Origin: Dendrobates tinctorius | Lineage: Eukaryota | Direction of reading: 5' to 3' | Length of the DNA stretch: 64,000 bases | Assembly: GCF_039654945.1 (NCBI RefSeq) | Contig: NW_027361677.1 | Coordinates: 13,454,001-13,518,000, forward strand | Shown: piece after piece, positions 24,752 to 37,962 of the stretch | Numbering within the stretch: the first letter of the stretch is position 1 | How the letters are laid out: each line of letters opens with the position of its first letter | Translations under genes and position numbers: made by a program | Notes under the pieces: model-generated | The model's input: the letters and a program-made list of their open reading frames with translations, nothing else | Told to the model about the DNA's origin: nothing | Database searches by the model: none

Positions 24752-26093
24752 GGAGTCTAAGGGGTAACAAGTGTCCTTATGAAGAGATTTACATGCCTGA
24801 CATTTCATTGTAAGGAGACATATAAGACATTCAATTCTGCTTTGGAAAATTAGATATGCAAGATGCCTCTTCAGAGAGAAAGATGACTTGAACTCTAGTG
24901 CCACCTATTGGAAGTAGCAATCCTACGAATCAGTATGAACCCTTTAACACACCTTGCCACATGACTTCGTATAAAAGTCACACCAGAGTTTCAACTTCCA
25001 GACACGAGTTTCAGAGTGTTGCCACTCCTGTTATGATTCGGTCACCTAGGAGAATAGCTGGGGAATAAGCTAGGCAACTAGAAAACCAGAAAGGTTGGTA
25101 ACTAAGCAGATTGCAGACCCCTAAAACTAACAACACAACTAGAATTAGCCGTGGGGCGTACCTATGATGCCCTAGATGCCTCGGCACAGTCAAAGAGTTA
25201 ACTAAGCCTAAAGCAAGAAAAGGGAAAGCTAAACTGCCCCGGAGCAGAACCCCAAAGGAATAGATAGCCCCCAAACATATATTGCCGGTGAGACAAGATG
25301 AGGCACAAACGCAGGCAGAAAATAGAGCAAGCAAATGATGGGGCCCAAACTGTCTAGATAGAACAGGACAGGAAAGATACTGTCTGCAATCACGCAAAAA
25401 CCCTAAGAAAAATCCAACACGTCTGATATGCAAAAATACTGAGGCCACACGACCTCTTCCCCACTAGATCAGCATTCTGGTGTGAACTGGACGCAAAGCA
25501 AAAGATACTGATATAACCGGGGACTAGCAATACTGAACAGACTGACATAAGCTGTGGCATATGGAACAGGGTCCAACACTGGTCCCAGCAGGGAACAATG
25601 CTGAACCCACACAGCAAAGCAGAAAGCAGAGAAAGGCAAAAACTGGATCAAATGCAAAAAGATTCCAGCAAACAAATAACTTATCTGAGCGATGCAGGAC
25701 CAAGCAGGGCGCAAGAAGACTTCAAAATGCACAGGAAGAAAACCAAATCAGCAACAACAACTGAGGGAAGTTTGCTCACTTAAATCTTCCCAGTCTGTAA
25801 CACCTGACCTCCAATCATCCTCTTCAGGTGATTGACTTCTGTCAACCCGATCAGCTCCATTACCCGCAGCAACCACCAGAGGGAGCCCAAACTCAGAAGT
25901 CAGTTCAAGAGTGTTCACAACACACTCCTCAGTGCAAATCAAGACTTCTGATTTGGCTGTATGAGAGACTACTGACTGGGGTGTAAGGAGTAACGTTTCC
26001 TCCTTGTGAAGAGTGACATGCCTGACATGTCAGTGCAAGGAGACTTATAGGTCATGTAATGCTTCTCTGAGAAATGAAACATACAAATTGCCT
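24752..26093 (-). mobile_element. Hammerhead-containing ~325-bp monomer repeat, copy 2 (~1.4 tandem units), split by a solo LTR
   Basis: TAAGG(G/A)GTAAC recurs at ~24759 and ~25984 (1225 bp minus 900-bp LTR+TSD = 325). Shares GCCACCTATTGGAAGTAGCAA and CTGATTTGGCT with copy 1. Reconstructed minus-strand motif: TTTGCA-CTGAGGA-GTGG-CAACA-CTCT-GAAAC-TCGT-GTC-TGGAA. Confidence 0.75.
25029..25922. mobile_element. Solo LTR (894 bp)
   Basis: TGTTATGA...TCACAACA inverted termini and a perfect 6-bp TSD CACTCC (25023-25028, 25923-25928). Confidence 0.85.
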
Positions 26094-27049
26094 AGGAGAT
26101 ACTTTCAAAAATTACTATTCCGTCATTCTAACATGTATTTTTAAATTACATTGATAAAATATATTTAGGATGTATGCAGTTTGTATTGTGAAAGCTGTTG
26201 TCAAGTGATGCTTCTGTCAATTATATAATACTAAGAAAAATAATTAGTTTCATGCTACAAGATCCAAGAACATTGTCTTTTACTCTAATTTTTGGGCCCG
26301 ATATTGTGTCAAAATCTGGAACTTGTGGTGCTTGGTTAGGCTTGTTACAACCAGTAGTTACACATTATCTTGACCTGAGCTGGTCACAATGTATGGACTT
26401 GTGATGGGAAATATTTTAGATTCCTGATTTACACAGTCTAATTTTTTAGAAGTCAAAAAGAACACAGATGAAGATCCCTCCATACTGGGAAACGTTGGCA
26501 CGTAGCCACATTTGGATAAGTAATAGGAAAAAGTGTTCCACTTTCAGAGATGACTGAAATGAGACTTCATCATGAACCTATTTCATTGATGGCCATCCAT
26601 CATCATTTTCTAATGCCACATCTTTTATTATAAAGCTGGAGTAAATGTGATGATACTCTTAATTGATTTTAAATCAAGGTTTTGCTAAAACTGTGTTTTG
26701 CATTCCGAAAGCTTGAAAATAATAAGAGTTGAAGAAGGTCATTGTTAATGAGGCTCATTTCTTCAAATTTCCTGATGTCAAGATCGCTAAACGACTGCTA
26801 CTTTCTGTTTTATTGGCATTGGGTTCTCTCTGCTTTACTATAAAATCTATTTCGAGGCAGTAAAATCAGTGATAACAGCTTGTCATAGGATATGTAGGCT
26901 GTTACTCACGCATTGGTCTTACATAGTCAAAATATTAAAGGACCAGTCCAGATACAGCTGATACTGTGTTATATCTAGTGCAGAGCCTGGGGGTGGTGTG
27001 TTATACAAGTGTTAAGAAAACATTAACGAGAAAATTGTTACATCCCGGC

Positions 27050-27337
27050 TAGTGATGAGCGAGTATACTCGTTGCTCGGGATTTCCCGAGCATGGTCGGG
27101 TGTCCTCCGAGTATTTTGGCGTGCTCGGAGATTTAGTTTTTGTCGTCTCAGCTGCATGATTTGTGACATGTAGACAGGCTGAATACATGTGGGAATTCCC
27201 TAACAAACAGGCAATCCCCACATGTATTCAAGCTGTCTAGCAGTCGCAAATCATGCAGCTGAGACGATGAACATATCTCCGAGCACTCCAAAATACTCGG
27301 AGGACACCCGAGCAACGAGTATACTCGCTCATCACTA
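27050..27337. mobile_element. hAT-type palindromic MITE
   Basis: TAGTGATGAGCGAGTATACTCGTTGCTCGGG ... CCCGAGCAACGAGTATACTCGCTCATCACTA; TSD ATCCCGGC/ATCCCGGT. Confidence 0.9.
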
Positions 27338-28476
27338 ATCCCGGTACATCCCCTCAGGCCTTCAACTAAGTTGAGCATCGGTTCTTCCCGGTATTTAATT
27401 TTGTTACTAGATTTTAGCGTTATCTCTGTACACATGTATCATGCTTAAAGGATATTTCTAAATAAAAAAAAATGTGCCTAAGCATTAACATTCAGGTAGT
27501 TGCGAACAACCTGCCTGTTTTGCCCAGAGCCAATCTCTGCCAACACAGAGCGGTCTACCGCTCCTGCCAGCAATTCAGCTGCTTCTCCTGAAATCACATC
27601 GACTGAGCTTTTTTTCTACTTCACTCTGATGACAGGACATAACTACCGATGTTATCATGTTATTACCTGTTCCCCACTGCCTAGCTGTGGAAAGCCAGCT
27701 TTCAATCACCATGAAGTCGGCAGTTAGAAGAAGAGCTGATCTGTTTGCATAGCGCAGCTGAATCACTGGCAGGAATGGTCTGTGATACTTCTGGTTCTCC
27801 AGGCAGTTGTCTCTGTTATCAACGAACTGCCTGTTAGTTTTTGGCACATAGTAAAAAAATAATCCTGGATAACCTCTTTAACGGATTGTCAACAAACTTT
27901 AATGAGTCAAAAAATGTGCCTTTGGTTGTCCTTGAATGGAAAAAAAAACCTCAGCAAAAACGAAAAAGAACATGTACTTACCTACTAGACCCTTGTCAAT
28001 CTTCGGTCTGCTATTGTGTCCATTGACACACCTATCTTAGCCAGTATAAAAAGCTAAGAGACTGTTCTTCTGGCGCAAGTAGACATGACTGCTGCAGTCA
28101 ATCAGTGACCTCTTTTTGGCTGTAGTGGACATCAGTTCAGAGTAGCGACAGCAATGTTGTAGATCAATAGGTATTTCTTCAGGGTTTTTTTTTTAACCGT
28201 AGATGACAACCTCTTTAACTTCATGTTATAAGTTTCCAAAATGTTTTTATAAAATTTCTTAACATTTTCAAGATATGCTAATTGCTAATAAAGCCCTCAG
28301 AAAGACTGCAAATGACATAAAAAAACTACTAAGAATGGACACAGATAAAAAAAAGTCTCCTGACAGAGTGTCATAAAATAATGTTTTTTTTGGTCAAAAT
28401 TGTTGTTATTGCCCCATAATTTGTTGAAGCAAGCTAAAAGGATAGCAAAGACATATTCATAGACTTGTCACAATAA

Positions 28477-28873
28477 GGCTTCTTTTACACTTACCGGGTT
28501 TTTTGTGGCCCGTTATTGCGGGCCTTTTTGCGGGCAATTTTCAATGTCTGCCGCAATAATGGACCGCAAAAAACGTGCGGATCGCCATTTCCAATACTAT
28601 AGAAAAGTATTGGAAAGAAAAAACGGCGTTCCGCAAAACTGGAAATTATGGAACACCATAACTTCCAGTTTTGCAGAAGTCATTAATTTTCTATGGGGGC
28701 AGTGTCCATAAGCCATGAAAAATATCGAGCAAACTCAATATTTTTTCAAGGCCGTATATACAGCCCTCATGGCCATACAGCACACGGCCCTTAGTAGAAT
28801 TTTTGGGGCCCGTTTTTGCGGTCCCATAGAAATGCATTGGGGCCGCAAAAATACGGTAAGTGTAAAAGAAGCT
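28477..28873. mobile_element. PIF/Harbinger-type MITE
   Basis: TAA|GGCTTCTTTTACACTTACCG ... CGGTAAGTGTAAAAGAAGCT|TCA. Confidence 0.8.
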
Positions 28874-29214
28874 TCACAATGGGAATTTTGATATCTCTAA
28901 TAGATATAAAACTGTGCTTAGACCCTGTTAACCAATAAGGATAAGGAAATTGGTTGAGGTGAATTGAAGTCACCTTGATATCGGCAAAACATTAATATTT
29001 GCCTGAATTCAGGCAAATCCCAGTTTCTTTGCTCTGAGTAGACCTCAGGCGATGTACATCATGAATTTATAATGTCACAACATTAGGAAACCATGACATG
29101 CTTCATGCAAGGCCCAGTCAACACATTTTGTGATGTACTGAAATAATGATAAAATCAAGTCATGATGTGTTTTGCCAGAGACCTACTCAGTCAGGTAGAA
29201 TTTTATCAGAGTGA

Positions 29215-30240
29215 AGAAAGAGGATATCTTTTGCTAGCAAGACATGGAAGAGGATATCATCTGCTAAGAAGACCAGGAAGACATACAAAGGATATCATCT
29301 GCTAGAAGGACCTGGAAGAAGTGGAAGGGGATATAGTCTACTAGGAAGACTAGACAGACTTAGAAGAGGATATCACCTGATAGGAAAACCAGAGAGATGT
29401 GGAAGAGGATAACATCTGCTGAGAAGACCTAGAAGATGGGGAAGAGAATATTATCTCTTAGGAAGACTATGTAGACATAGAAGAGGACAACATCTGCTAG
29501 GAAAACCAGGGAGACGTGGAAGAGGATAACATCTGCTGGGAAGACCAAGTAAATGTGAAAGAGGATATCATCTGCTACTAAGGCTATGCAGACATAGAAG
29601 AGGACAACATCTGCTAGGAAAACCAGGGAGACGTGAAAGAGGATAACATCTGCTGGGAAGACCAAGTAGATGTGAAAGAGGATATCATCTGCTACTAAGG
29701 CTATGCAGACATAGAAGAGGACAACATCTGCTAGGAAAACCAGGGAGACGTGGAAGAGGATAACATCTGCTGGGATGACCAAGTAGATGTGAAAGAGGAT
29801 ATCATCTGCTACTAAGGCTATGCAGACATAGAAGAGGACAACATCTGCTAGGAAAACCAGGGAGACGTTGAAGAGGATAACATCTGCTGGGAAGACCAAG
29901 GAGATGTGGAAGAGGATATCATCTGCTACTAAGGCTATGCAGACATAGAAGAGGACATCATATGCTAGGAAAAGCAGGGAGACGTGGAAGAGGATAACAT
30001 CTGCTGGAAAGACCAAGAAGATGTGGAAGAGGATATCATCTGCTAGTAAGACTATGCAGACAGAAGAGGATATCATCTGCTAGGAACACCAAAAAGACTT
30101 GGAAGAGGATATCATCTGCTAGGAAGACCAGGGAGATGTGAAAGAGTATATCACCTGCTAGAAACACCAGGAAGACATTGAAGAGGATTTAATCTTCCAA
30201 AAAGAACAGGAAAACATGGAAGAGGATATCATCTTTCATA
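29215..30240. repeat. 39-bp minisatellite with a 117-bp (3 x 39) higher-order repeat
   Basis: Unit AAGAGGA(T/C)A(T/A)CATCTGCT...; three variants alternate regularly over ~29480-30060. Confidence 0.9.
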
Positions 30241-31752
30241 AAAGCTAGAAATGAGCACATGAAGAAAATGATTATGCTGGGGGTTGTGCCAGCGAGACAG
30301 TTGATTGTAATTGTAAGCATACATTTTTAACCCCTACATCAGGGCCACAAAAGGCTCCAGAGCATAATAAGGCACATTAAATTCACATTGAATAAATTCA
30401 ACTAAAATCAAATTTCCTGGCCAAATGTAAGCGAAGGAACAAATTCGAACTTCAACAAATTTGCTTTTCATTGATAATAATCTTTATATATAAAAATGAG
30501 TGCATGTGTGTGTATCAAGCCACGCCCACTCCACATAGCCCCCCCATTCCACATAGCCCCCCCACTCCACATAGCCACACTCACTCCACACGCAAGGCCA
30601 TGTATAATAAATATCTAATATATATATACAAAAAATAAACATCTAATATATATATATATCTATATATTTCATTGGCACATCTTGAACACAACAGGTTATA
30701 CTGACTGTGTTGCCTATTGCAAGCTTTCATTTCCCCAGAGCTGTTTAAAAGATGAAAGCTGAGCGGTGATTGGTTGCTATGAGCAACAGTTTACCTTGTA
30801 GACAGTTGAGGTAACTGAGGCCTATTATTCTTATTATTTTGATGGTGTTATTGTCCTTCTGTAAAGCTGTAAATAGCACAATTTATTACCGTGCAGACAC
30901 AGACCACCCTCTGACACAGACTGCAGGGGGAGCCCAGAATCAGGAACTCCTTTGTCTGGCATGAAGCATCCTAATTAACTTAAAAATTCAAACACAGATT
31001 AAAAAAAGAAACATAAGATGGATTTCTCCAACCCAGGTACCATTTTCATCAGTGTAACAGCATCAACCTGACAATGCCTGGTTTGCTTTAAACTTATTTA
31101 AAGAGCTACAACTAATACCACTCTAAATTAGTCCTTTTTTACAATTTCTAACTAAATGGTATTACATTCAGGGGTGGAGCCGCCCTGAATTGCTCTGTGC
31201 TGTGGGGGCACTGTGCCTCCACCGTGTACAGACTATATACAGGAGGAGATGACATACAGGTATATACTATATACAGGAGGAGATGACATACAGGTATATA
31301 CTATATACATGAGGAGATGACACACAGGTATATACTATATACAGGAGGAGATGACATACAGGTATATACTACTTACAGGGGAGATGACATACAAGTATAT
31401 TCTATATACAGGAAAATATGACATACAGGTATATACAGAGGAGATGACACACCGGTATATGCTATATACAGAGGAGATGACACACAGTTATACACTATAC
31501 AAAGGGGAGATGACATACAGGTAAACACTATATACAGGAGGAGATGACCTACAAGTATATACTATATACAGGGGGAGATGACATACAGGTATATATTATA
31601 CACAGGGGAGATGGCATACAGGTACACATACTGTAAACAAGGGAGATGACACACAGGTGTATACAGGGGGAGATGACATAAAGGTATATAATGTAAACAG
31701 GGGAGATGACATACAGGTATATACTGTATACAAGGGAAATGACACAAAGGTA

Positions 31753-33360
31753 GAGTGGGGCAAAAAAGTATTTAGTCAGTCAGCAATAGTGCAAGTTCCA
31801 CCACTTAAAAAGATGAGAGGCGTCTGTAATTTACATCATAGGTAGACCTCAACTATGGGAGACAAACTGAGAAAAAAAAATCCAGAAAATCACATTGTCT
31901 GTTTTTTTTTTCATTTTATTTGCATATTATGGTGGAAAATAAGTATTTGGTCAGAAACAAAATTTCATCTCAATACTTTGTGATATATCCTTTGTTGGCA
32001 ATGACAGAGGTCAAACGTTTTCTGTAAGTCTTCACAAGGTTGCCACACACTGTTGTTGGTATGTTGGCCCATTCCTCCATGCAGATCTCCTCTAGAGCAG
32101 TGATGTTTTTGGCTTTTCGCTTGGCAACACGGACTTTCAACTCCCTCCAAAGGTTTTCTATAGGGTTGAGATCTGGAGATTGGCTAGGCCACTCCAGGAC
32201 CTTGAAATGCTTCTTACGAAGCCACTCCTTCGTTGCCCTGGCGGTGTGCTTTAGATCATTGTCATGTTGAAAGACCCAGCCACGTTTCATCATCAATGCC
32301 CTTGCTGATGGAAGGAGGTTTGCACTCAAAATCTCACGATACATGGCCCCATTCATTCTTTCATGTACCCGGATCAGTCGTCCTGGCCCCTTTGCAGAGA
32401 AACAGCCCCAAAGCATGATGTTTCCACCACCATGCTTTACAGTAGGTATGGTGTTTGATGGATGCAACTCAGTATTCTTTTTCCTCCAAACACGACAAGT
32501 TGTGTTTCTACCAAACAGTTCCAGTTTGGTTTCATCAGACCATAGGACATTCTCCCAAAACTCCTCTGGATCATCCAAATGCTCTCTAGCAAACTTCAGA
32601 CGGGCCCGGACATGTACAGGCTTAAGCAGTGGGACACGTCTGGCACTGCAGGATCTGAGTCCATGGTGGCGTAGTGTGTTACTTATGGTAGGCCTTGTTA
32701 CATTGGTCCCAGCTCTCTGCAGTTCATTCACTAGGTCCCCCCGCGTGGTTCTGGGATTTTTGCTCACCGTTCTTGTGATCATTCTGACCCCACGGGGTGG
32801 GATTTTGCGTGGAGCACCAGATTGAGGGAGATTATCAGTGGTCTTGTATGTCTTCCATTTTCTAATTATTGCTCCCACAGTTGATTTCTTCACTCCAAGC
32901 TGGTTGGCTATTGCAGATTCAGTCTTCCCAGCCTGGTGCAGGGCTACAATTTTGTTTCTGGTGTCCTTTGACAGCTCTTTGGTCTTCACCATAGTGGAGT
33001 TTGGAGTCAGACTGTTTGAGGGTGTGCACAGGTGTCTTTTTATACTGATAACAAGTTTAAACAGGTGCCATTACTACAGGTAATGAGTGGAAGACAGAGG
33101 AGCCTCTTAAAGAAGAAGTTACAGGTCTGTGAGAGCCAGAAATCTTGATTGCTTGTTTCTGACCAAATACTTATTTTCCACCATAATATGCAAATAAAAT
33201 GAAAAAAAAAACAGACAATGTGATTTTCTGGATTTTTTTTTCTCAGTTTGTCTCCCATAGTTGAGGTCTACCTATGATGTAAATTACAGACGCCTCTCAT
33301 CTTTTTAAGTGGTGGAACTTGCACTATTGCTGACTGACTAAATACTTTTTTGCCCCACTG
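31753..33360 (-). mobile_element. Full-length Tc1-family DNA transposon (1608 bp) with ~210-bp IR/DR-type TIRs
   Basis: TA|GAGTGGGGCAAAAAAGTATTTAGTCAG ... CTGACTAAATACTTTTTTGCCCCACTG|TA. Outer and inner direct repeats AAAAAGTATTTAGTCAG / AATAAGTATTTGGTCAG. Confidence 0.97.
31970..32992 (-). CDS. Tc1 transposase, DD34E, 340 aa, uninterrupted
   Basis: Paired-like HTH N-terminus, GAPRK linker, [23 protein letters not shown]; 34 residues between the second D and E (counted). Confidence 0.95.
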   Translation of the reverse strand: MVKTKELSKDTRNKIVALHQAGKTESAIANQLGVKKSTVGAIIRKWKTYKTTDNLPQSGAPRKIPPRGVRMITRTVSKNPRTTRGDLVNELQRAGTNVTRPTISNTLRHHGLRSCSARRVPLLKPVHVRARLKFAREHLDDPEEFWENVLWSDETKLELFGRNTTCRVWRKKNTELHPSNTIPTVKHGGGNIMLWGCFSAKGPGRLIRVHERMNGAMYREILSANLLPSARALMMKRGWVFQHDNDLKHTARATKEWLRKKHFKVLEWPSQSPDLNPIENLWRELKVRVAKRKAKNITALEEICMEEWANIPTTVCGNLVKTYRKRLTSVIANKGYITKY

Positions 33361-33975
33361 TATATACTGTATACAGGTATATACTGTATACAGGAGAGAT
33401 GACATACAGGTATATACTATATACAGTGGAGATGACATACAGGTAGATACTATATACAGGAGTAGAAGACATACTGGTATATACTATATACAGGAGGAGA
33501 TGGCACACAGGTATATACTGTATACAGGGGGAGCTGACAAAGGTATATACTGTATACTGGGGAGATGACATACAGGAACATACTGTATACAAGAGAGATG
33601 ACACAAAGGTGTATACTGTATACAGGTATATACTGTATACAGGAGAGATGACATACAGGTATATATTATAAACAGGAGGAGATGACACACAGGTATATAC
33701 TATATACAGGAGGATATGACATACAGATATATACTTTATACAGCAGAGATGACATACATGTATATACTGTATACAGGAGAGATGATATACAGGTATATAC
33801 TATATACCGTACAGTGGAGATGACATACAGGTATATACTGTATACAGGAGGAGATAACATACAGGTATATACTACATACAGGGGAGATGACATGCAAGTA
33901 TATTCTAGATACAGGAGGAGATGACATAGTTATATACTATATACAGGAGGAGATGACACACAGGTATATACTATA

Positions 33976-34853
33976 CTAGCTGAAGAGCCTGGCATTGCCC
34001 GAGCATAGTAACTAACTGTGGTTAGTTATAACAAATACTAATGATTATAATCCATCCTACAGCCCAGTGCCCATATACCCTTTATACATATCCTCCATCC
34101 CATAGTCCCGTGCCCATATACCCATCATATATATCCACCATCCCATTCTCCCATGCTCATATACCCATCATACATCCTCCATCCCATAGTCCTGAGCCCA
34201 TATACCCATCATACATATCTGCCATCCCATTCTCCCATGCTCATATATCCATCATACATCCTCCATCCCATAGTCCTGTGCCCATATACCCATCATACAT
34301 ATCCGCCATCCCTTAGTCCTGTGCCCATATACCCATCACACATTCTCCATCCCATAGTCCCATGCCCATATACCCATCATACATCCTCCATCCCATAGTC
34401 CTGAGCCCATATACCCATCATACATATCTGCCATCCCATTCTCCCATGCTCATATATCCATCATACATCCTCCATCCCATAGTCCTGTGCCCATATACCA
34501 ATCATACATATCCGCCATCCCTTAGTCCTGTGCCCATATACCCATCACACATTATCCATCCCATAGTTCCATGCCCATATACCCATTATGACATAATCTT
34601 CGCCATGGCAACCATTCTGACATCATCATCGCCATAGCGACCTATTATGACATCATCGTCTCCATGGCAACCATTATGACATAACCGTCACCATGCAACC
34701 TATTATGACATCTTCATCGCCATGGCAACTATTATGACATCATAGTTGCCATGGAAACCATTAAACAACATCATCATCGCCACTGCAACCACTATGACAT
34801 CATCGTCGATACACATACATACACACATACACTCAGCTTTGTATATATATAGA
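33976..34853 (-). mobile_element. Non-autonomous Helitron (inner, 878 bp) with internal ~40-bp and ~29-bp tandem repeats
   Basis: Minus strand starts TCTATATATATACAAAGCTGAGTG and ends in a hairpin plus CTAG. Inserted between A and T with no TSD: removing it restores the host unit CAGGTATATACTATA|TACAGGA. Confidence 0.88.
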
Positions 34854-36089
34854 TACAGGAGATGACACATAGGAATATACTATATACAGGAGGAGATGAC
34901 TCACAGATATACACTATATGCAGGAGAAGATGACATACAGCGACAATTTATGTGCAATATAATCATTATAATTTGCTATCACTAACCACAGTTAGTTACT
35001 ATACCCGGGCAATGCCGGGCTCTTCAGCTAGTGATAATATAAAATGATTTACTATAGAATGCACTTAAACATCAAATGGAATGGTGTACAAGGATGGGCG
35101 ATGAGTAAATATTTAATACCCACCCTTTGTACCCACAAGATGCTTAGCGGCCAAAACATAACACAAGGAAGTGTGACCTCTACATGCATTCTGCTACTTG
35201 AGCCTTATTTATATTGAACTATAGTACGACATTAATTAAAAGAAAAGGTGTTACGGAATGCTAAAATGAACATGTCTCCGAGCAGGTAATTATTAACTTA
35301 ATGATAGGAGTGCCTCGGTTAAACCTTTGTGAAAGTAGCAAAAACACAAGGAATAATTTATTGAGCTTGATAGATTGCAGACTACCATGTATTCCTATTG
35401 AATATCAACCAGGGAAGGTCCTTTGTTTTAACCTGACTGTGTAATGATCCTTCTGCAGTGATTTAGGGAATGTGTATGCTTACTAACCTTCTGTAGCCTA
35501 CAGCTCCTTTCCTGGACCGCTAGATTTATGTTCTTGGTTTATCTCTCCAGGTATACAGCTCCTCTTTCTCTGATAGTGTTTTGCAGCTCTCCAGATTGTG
35601 TTTGTATACACACGGTACGTCTAATGATAAGACCGGCCAATGGAAAGAGAGGTTACCCCTGCAATTTCAATTTTGAATGTCCAGTCTATCAGTAATCATA
35701 GAAGCAATATGAAATATTCATAGAAAAATAAATTATGCAAATCATTTATGTAGATCAATAGAAGAAACTTCTTATTCTTCGAGTCCATTCCATTAATCTA
35801 TATAAGACTTTATATACGGTATTATGGGCATTGAGTCATATTTTTTTTTTTTAAAGCAGTTCTTTTCTTTTGTCACAGACTTTACAATAAAAGAGTGTTC
35901 CCATCTTAGTAATTTATGACGTGTCCACAGGAGATGCCATAAAAGTCTGAGAGACGTGATCTGCACTTGTGTCCTCTGACCTCACATGGAAGCGACTTGA
36001 AAAAATTAAATTGCCTTTCTGTTCACAGCAAATTATTCAACAGACAGAACCCCATTCTAGATACAGATGTGGGTCCTAGAGGTATCAAT

Positions 36090-37110
36090 CAGATATTTAT
36101 AGGTGGGCCTTCATCTATCAGACGTTTAGAGGTAGGTCCGCATCTCTCATACATTTAGAGCTGGACCCGCATCTATCAGACATTTAGCAGTGGGCCTGCA
36201 TCTATAAGACACTTATAGGTGGGCCTACAACTATCAGACATTTAAAGGTAGGTCCACATCAGTCAAATATTAAGAGGTAGGTCTGCATCTATCAGACATT
36301 AAGAGGTAGGACTGCATCTGTCAGACACATACAGGTGGGCCTTCATCTATCAGATGTTAAGAGGTAGGTCCACATCTATCATACATTTAGAGCTGGACAC
36401 TCATCTATCAGACATTTAGTGGTGGGCCTTCATCTATCACACATTTAGAAGTAGGTCTGCATCTGTCAGACACATACAGGTGGGCCTTCATCTATCAGAT
36501 GTTAAGAGGTAGGTCCACATCTATCATACATTTAGAGCTGGACGCTCATCTATCAGACATTTAGTGGTGGGCCTTCATCTATCACACATTTAGAAGTAGG
36601 TCCGCATCTTTCAGACATTTAGAGGTGAGCACACATCTATCAGACATTTAGCAGTGGGCCTGCATCTATCAGACACTTATAGGTGGGCCTACAACTATCA
36701 GACATTTAAAAGTAGGTCTGCATCTGTCAAATATTAAGAGGTAGGTCTGCATCTATCAAACATTAAGAGGTAGGTCTGCATCTATCAGATATTTAAAGGT
36801 AGGTCTGCATATATCAAACATTTAGTGGTGGGTCTTCATCTATCAGACACTTAAAGTTAGATCCGCATCTATCAGATATTAAGATGTAGGTCTGCATCTA
36901 TCAGACAGTTAAAGGTGGGTCTGCATGTATCAATCATTTAGAGGTAGGCCTGCATCTATCAGACATTTAGAGGTGGGTCCGTGTCTGTCAGACTTTTATA
37001 GGTAGGTCCATATGTATCAAACATTTAAAGGTAGGTCTGCATCTCTTAGACATTTAGAGGTAGGAGCACATCTATCGGACATTTAGAGGTAGGTCCACAT
37101 CTATCAGACA
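36090..37110. repeat. 29-bp minisatellite (CATCTATCAGACATTTAGAGGTAGGTCYG)n
   Basis: About 35 degenerate units, including a recent ~145-bp block duplication near 36315-36605. Confidence 0.9.
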
Positions 37111-37962
37111 TATCTATTCAATTTGCCATAAATACATTATGCAAGATGAGAATACCTCTTTAAAAAATTTTCACGACCCAACCTTGACATCAGGTAATTG
37201 CTATCATTTAAGAGACTGTTGTCACCTGATTGAAGTAGATCACAGTAAACAGGAAGAACTTGAGAGGCACGATTCTTACAAAACCACCATAACCCCTTTA
37301 TTCTACAAAGTAATGGAGGTCCTATATTTATAAATGCAATAAATGTAGCAGGAAACCCTTTAAGTCTTATGCTGGTACTAACATAAGTACTGTAGTCCAT
37401 GTACATGATTATCGGAGGTCCATTGTTTCACACCATTAACAGTCCAGTGAATGGAACAGCATGAATCCATCATAATAGAATATGGCTAAGGTAAACTGAG
37501 TTCTACAAAGAGAAGAATCAGGGCCAGCTCTAGATGTATGTGGGTTTCTGGTTGACAGTCATAATGGCGCTGCTGTTGACTTTACAACATGTTAAGATGT
37601 GCTCACTGCTCACCCTTACCTTTCCAAAAACTTTTTTATAGACTCATGTTTTAATAATACCTATTCAATTCGATACATTATCACAATATGCTAGCAAAAT
37701 CCATTTCAACCTGCAACTCATACTACATTCATTATGTGGCTGCATATAGACATATATTATAAACTAGAAATTATGCAAATTGGTCCTGGGGCCACATTAT
37801 TAGTCTGCTGTTGCCTAAAGGGAACCGTTTCTTACTTGACAACATCCCCGACACCTCTTTTGATTAGCTGGCCATGCGTGACATCATAGTTGCAGAATAT
37901 TGCACATGTGACATTGCGCCAGTCAGAATAATCAAAAGAAAAGTCGTTTATGCATGAAGTTA

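Larger units (their letters stand above)
31233..34940. repeat. 34-bp minisatellite (TATATACTATATACAGGAGGAGATGACATACAGG)n interrupted by Tc1 and Helitron insertions
   Basis: Units visible at 31233-31750, 33361-33975 and 34854-34940. Confidence 0.9.
30481..35031 (+). mobile_element. Putative non-autonomous Helitron (outer), hosting a minisatellite, a Tc1 and a second Helitron
   Basis: 5' A|TCTTTATATATAAAAATGAGTGCATGTGTG resembles the inner Helitron's 5' end. 3' hairpin CCCGG-GCAATG-CCGGG then CTCTTCAG-CTAG|T at 35028-35031. Pairing these two ends as one element is inferred. Confidence 0.55.

Noticed and set aside
33976-35031. Apparent DNA transposon with ~60-bp TIRs
   Set aside because: No TSD. 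The 'TIRs' are two opposed Helitron 3' ends, and the inner element demonstrably ends at 34853.
29215-37110. Regularly spaced 29-39-bp repeats as CRISPR-like arrays
   Set aside because: They are contiguous tandem units without unique spacers, in eukaryotic DNA with no cas genes; they are minisatellites.
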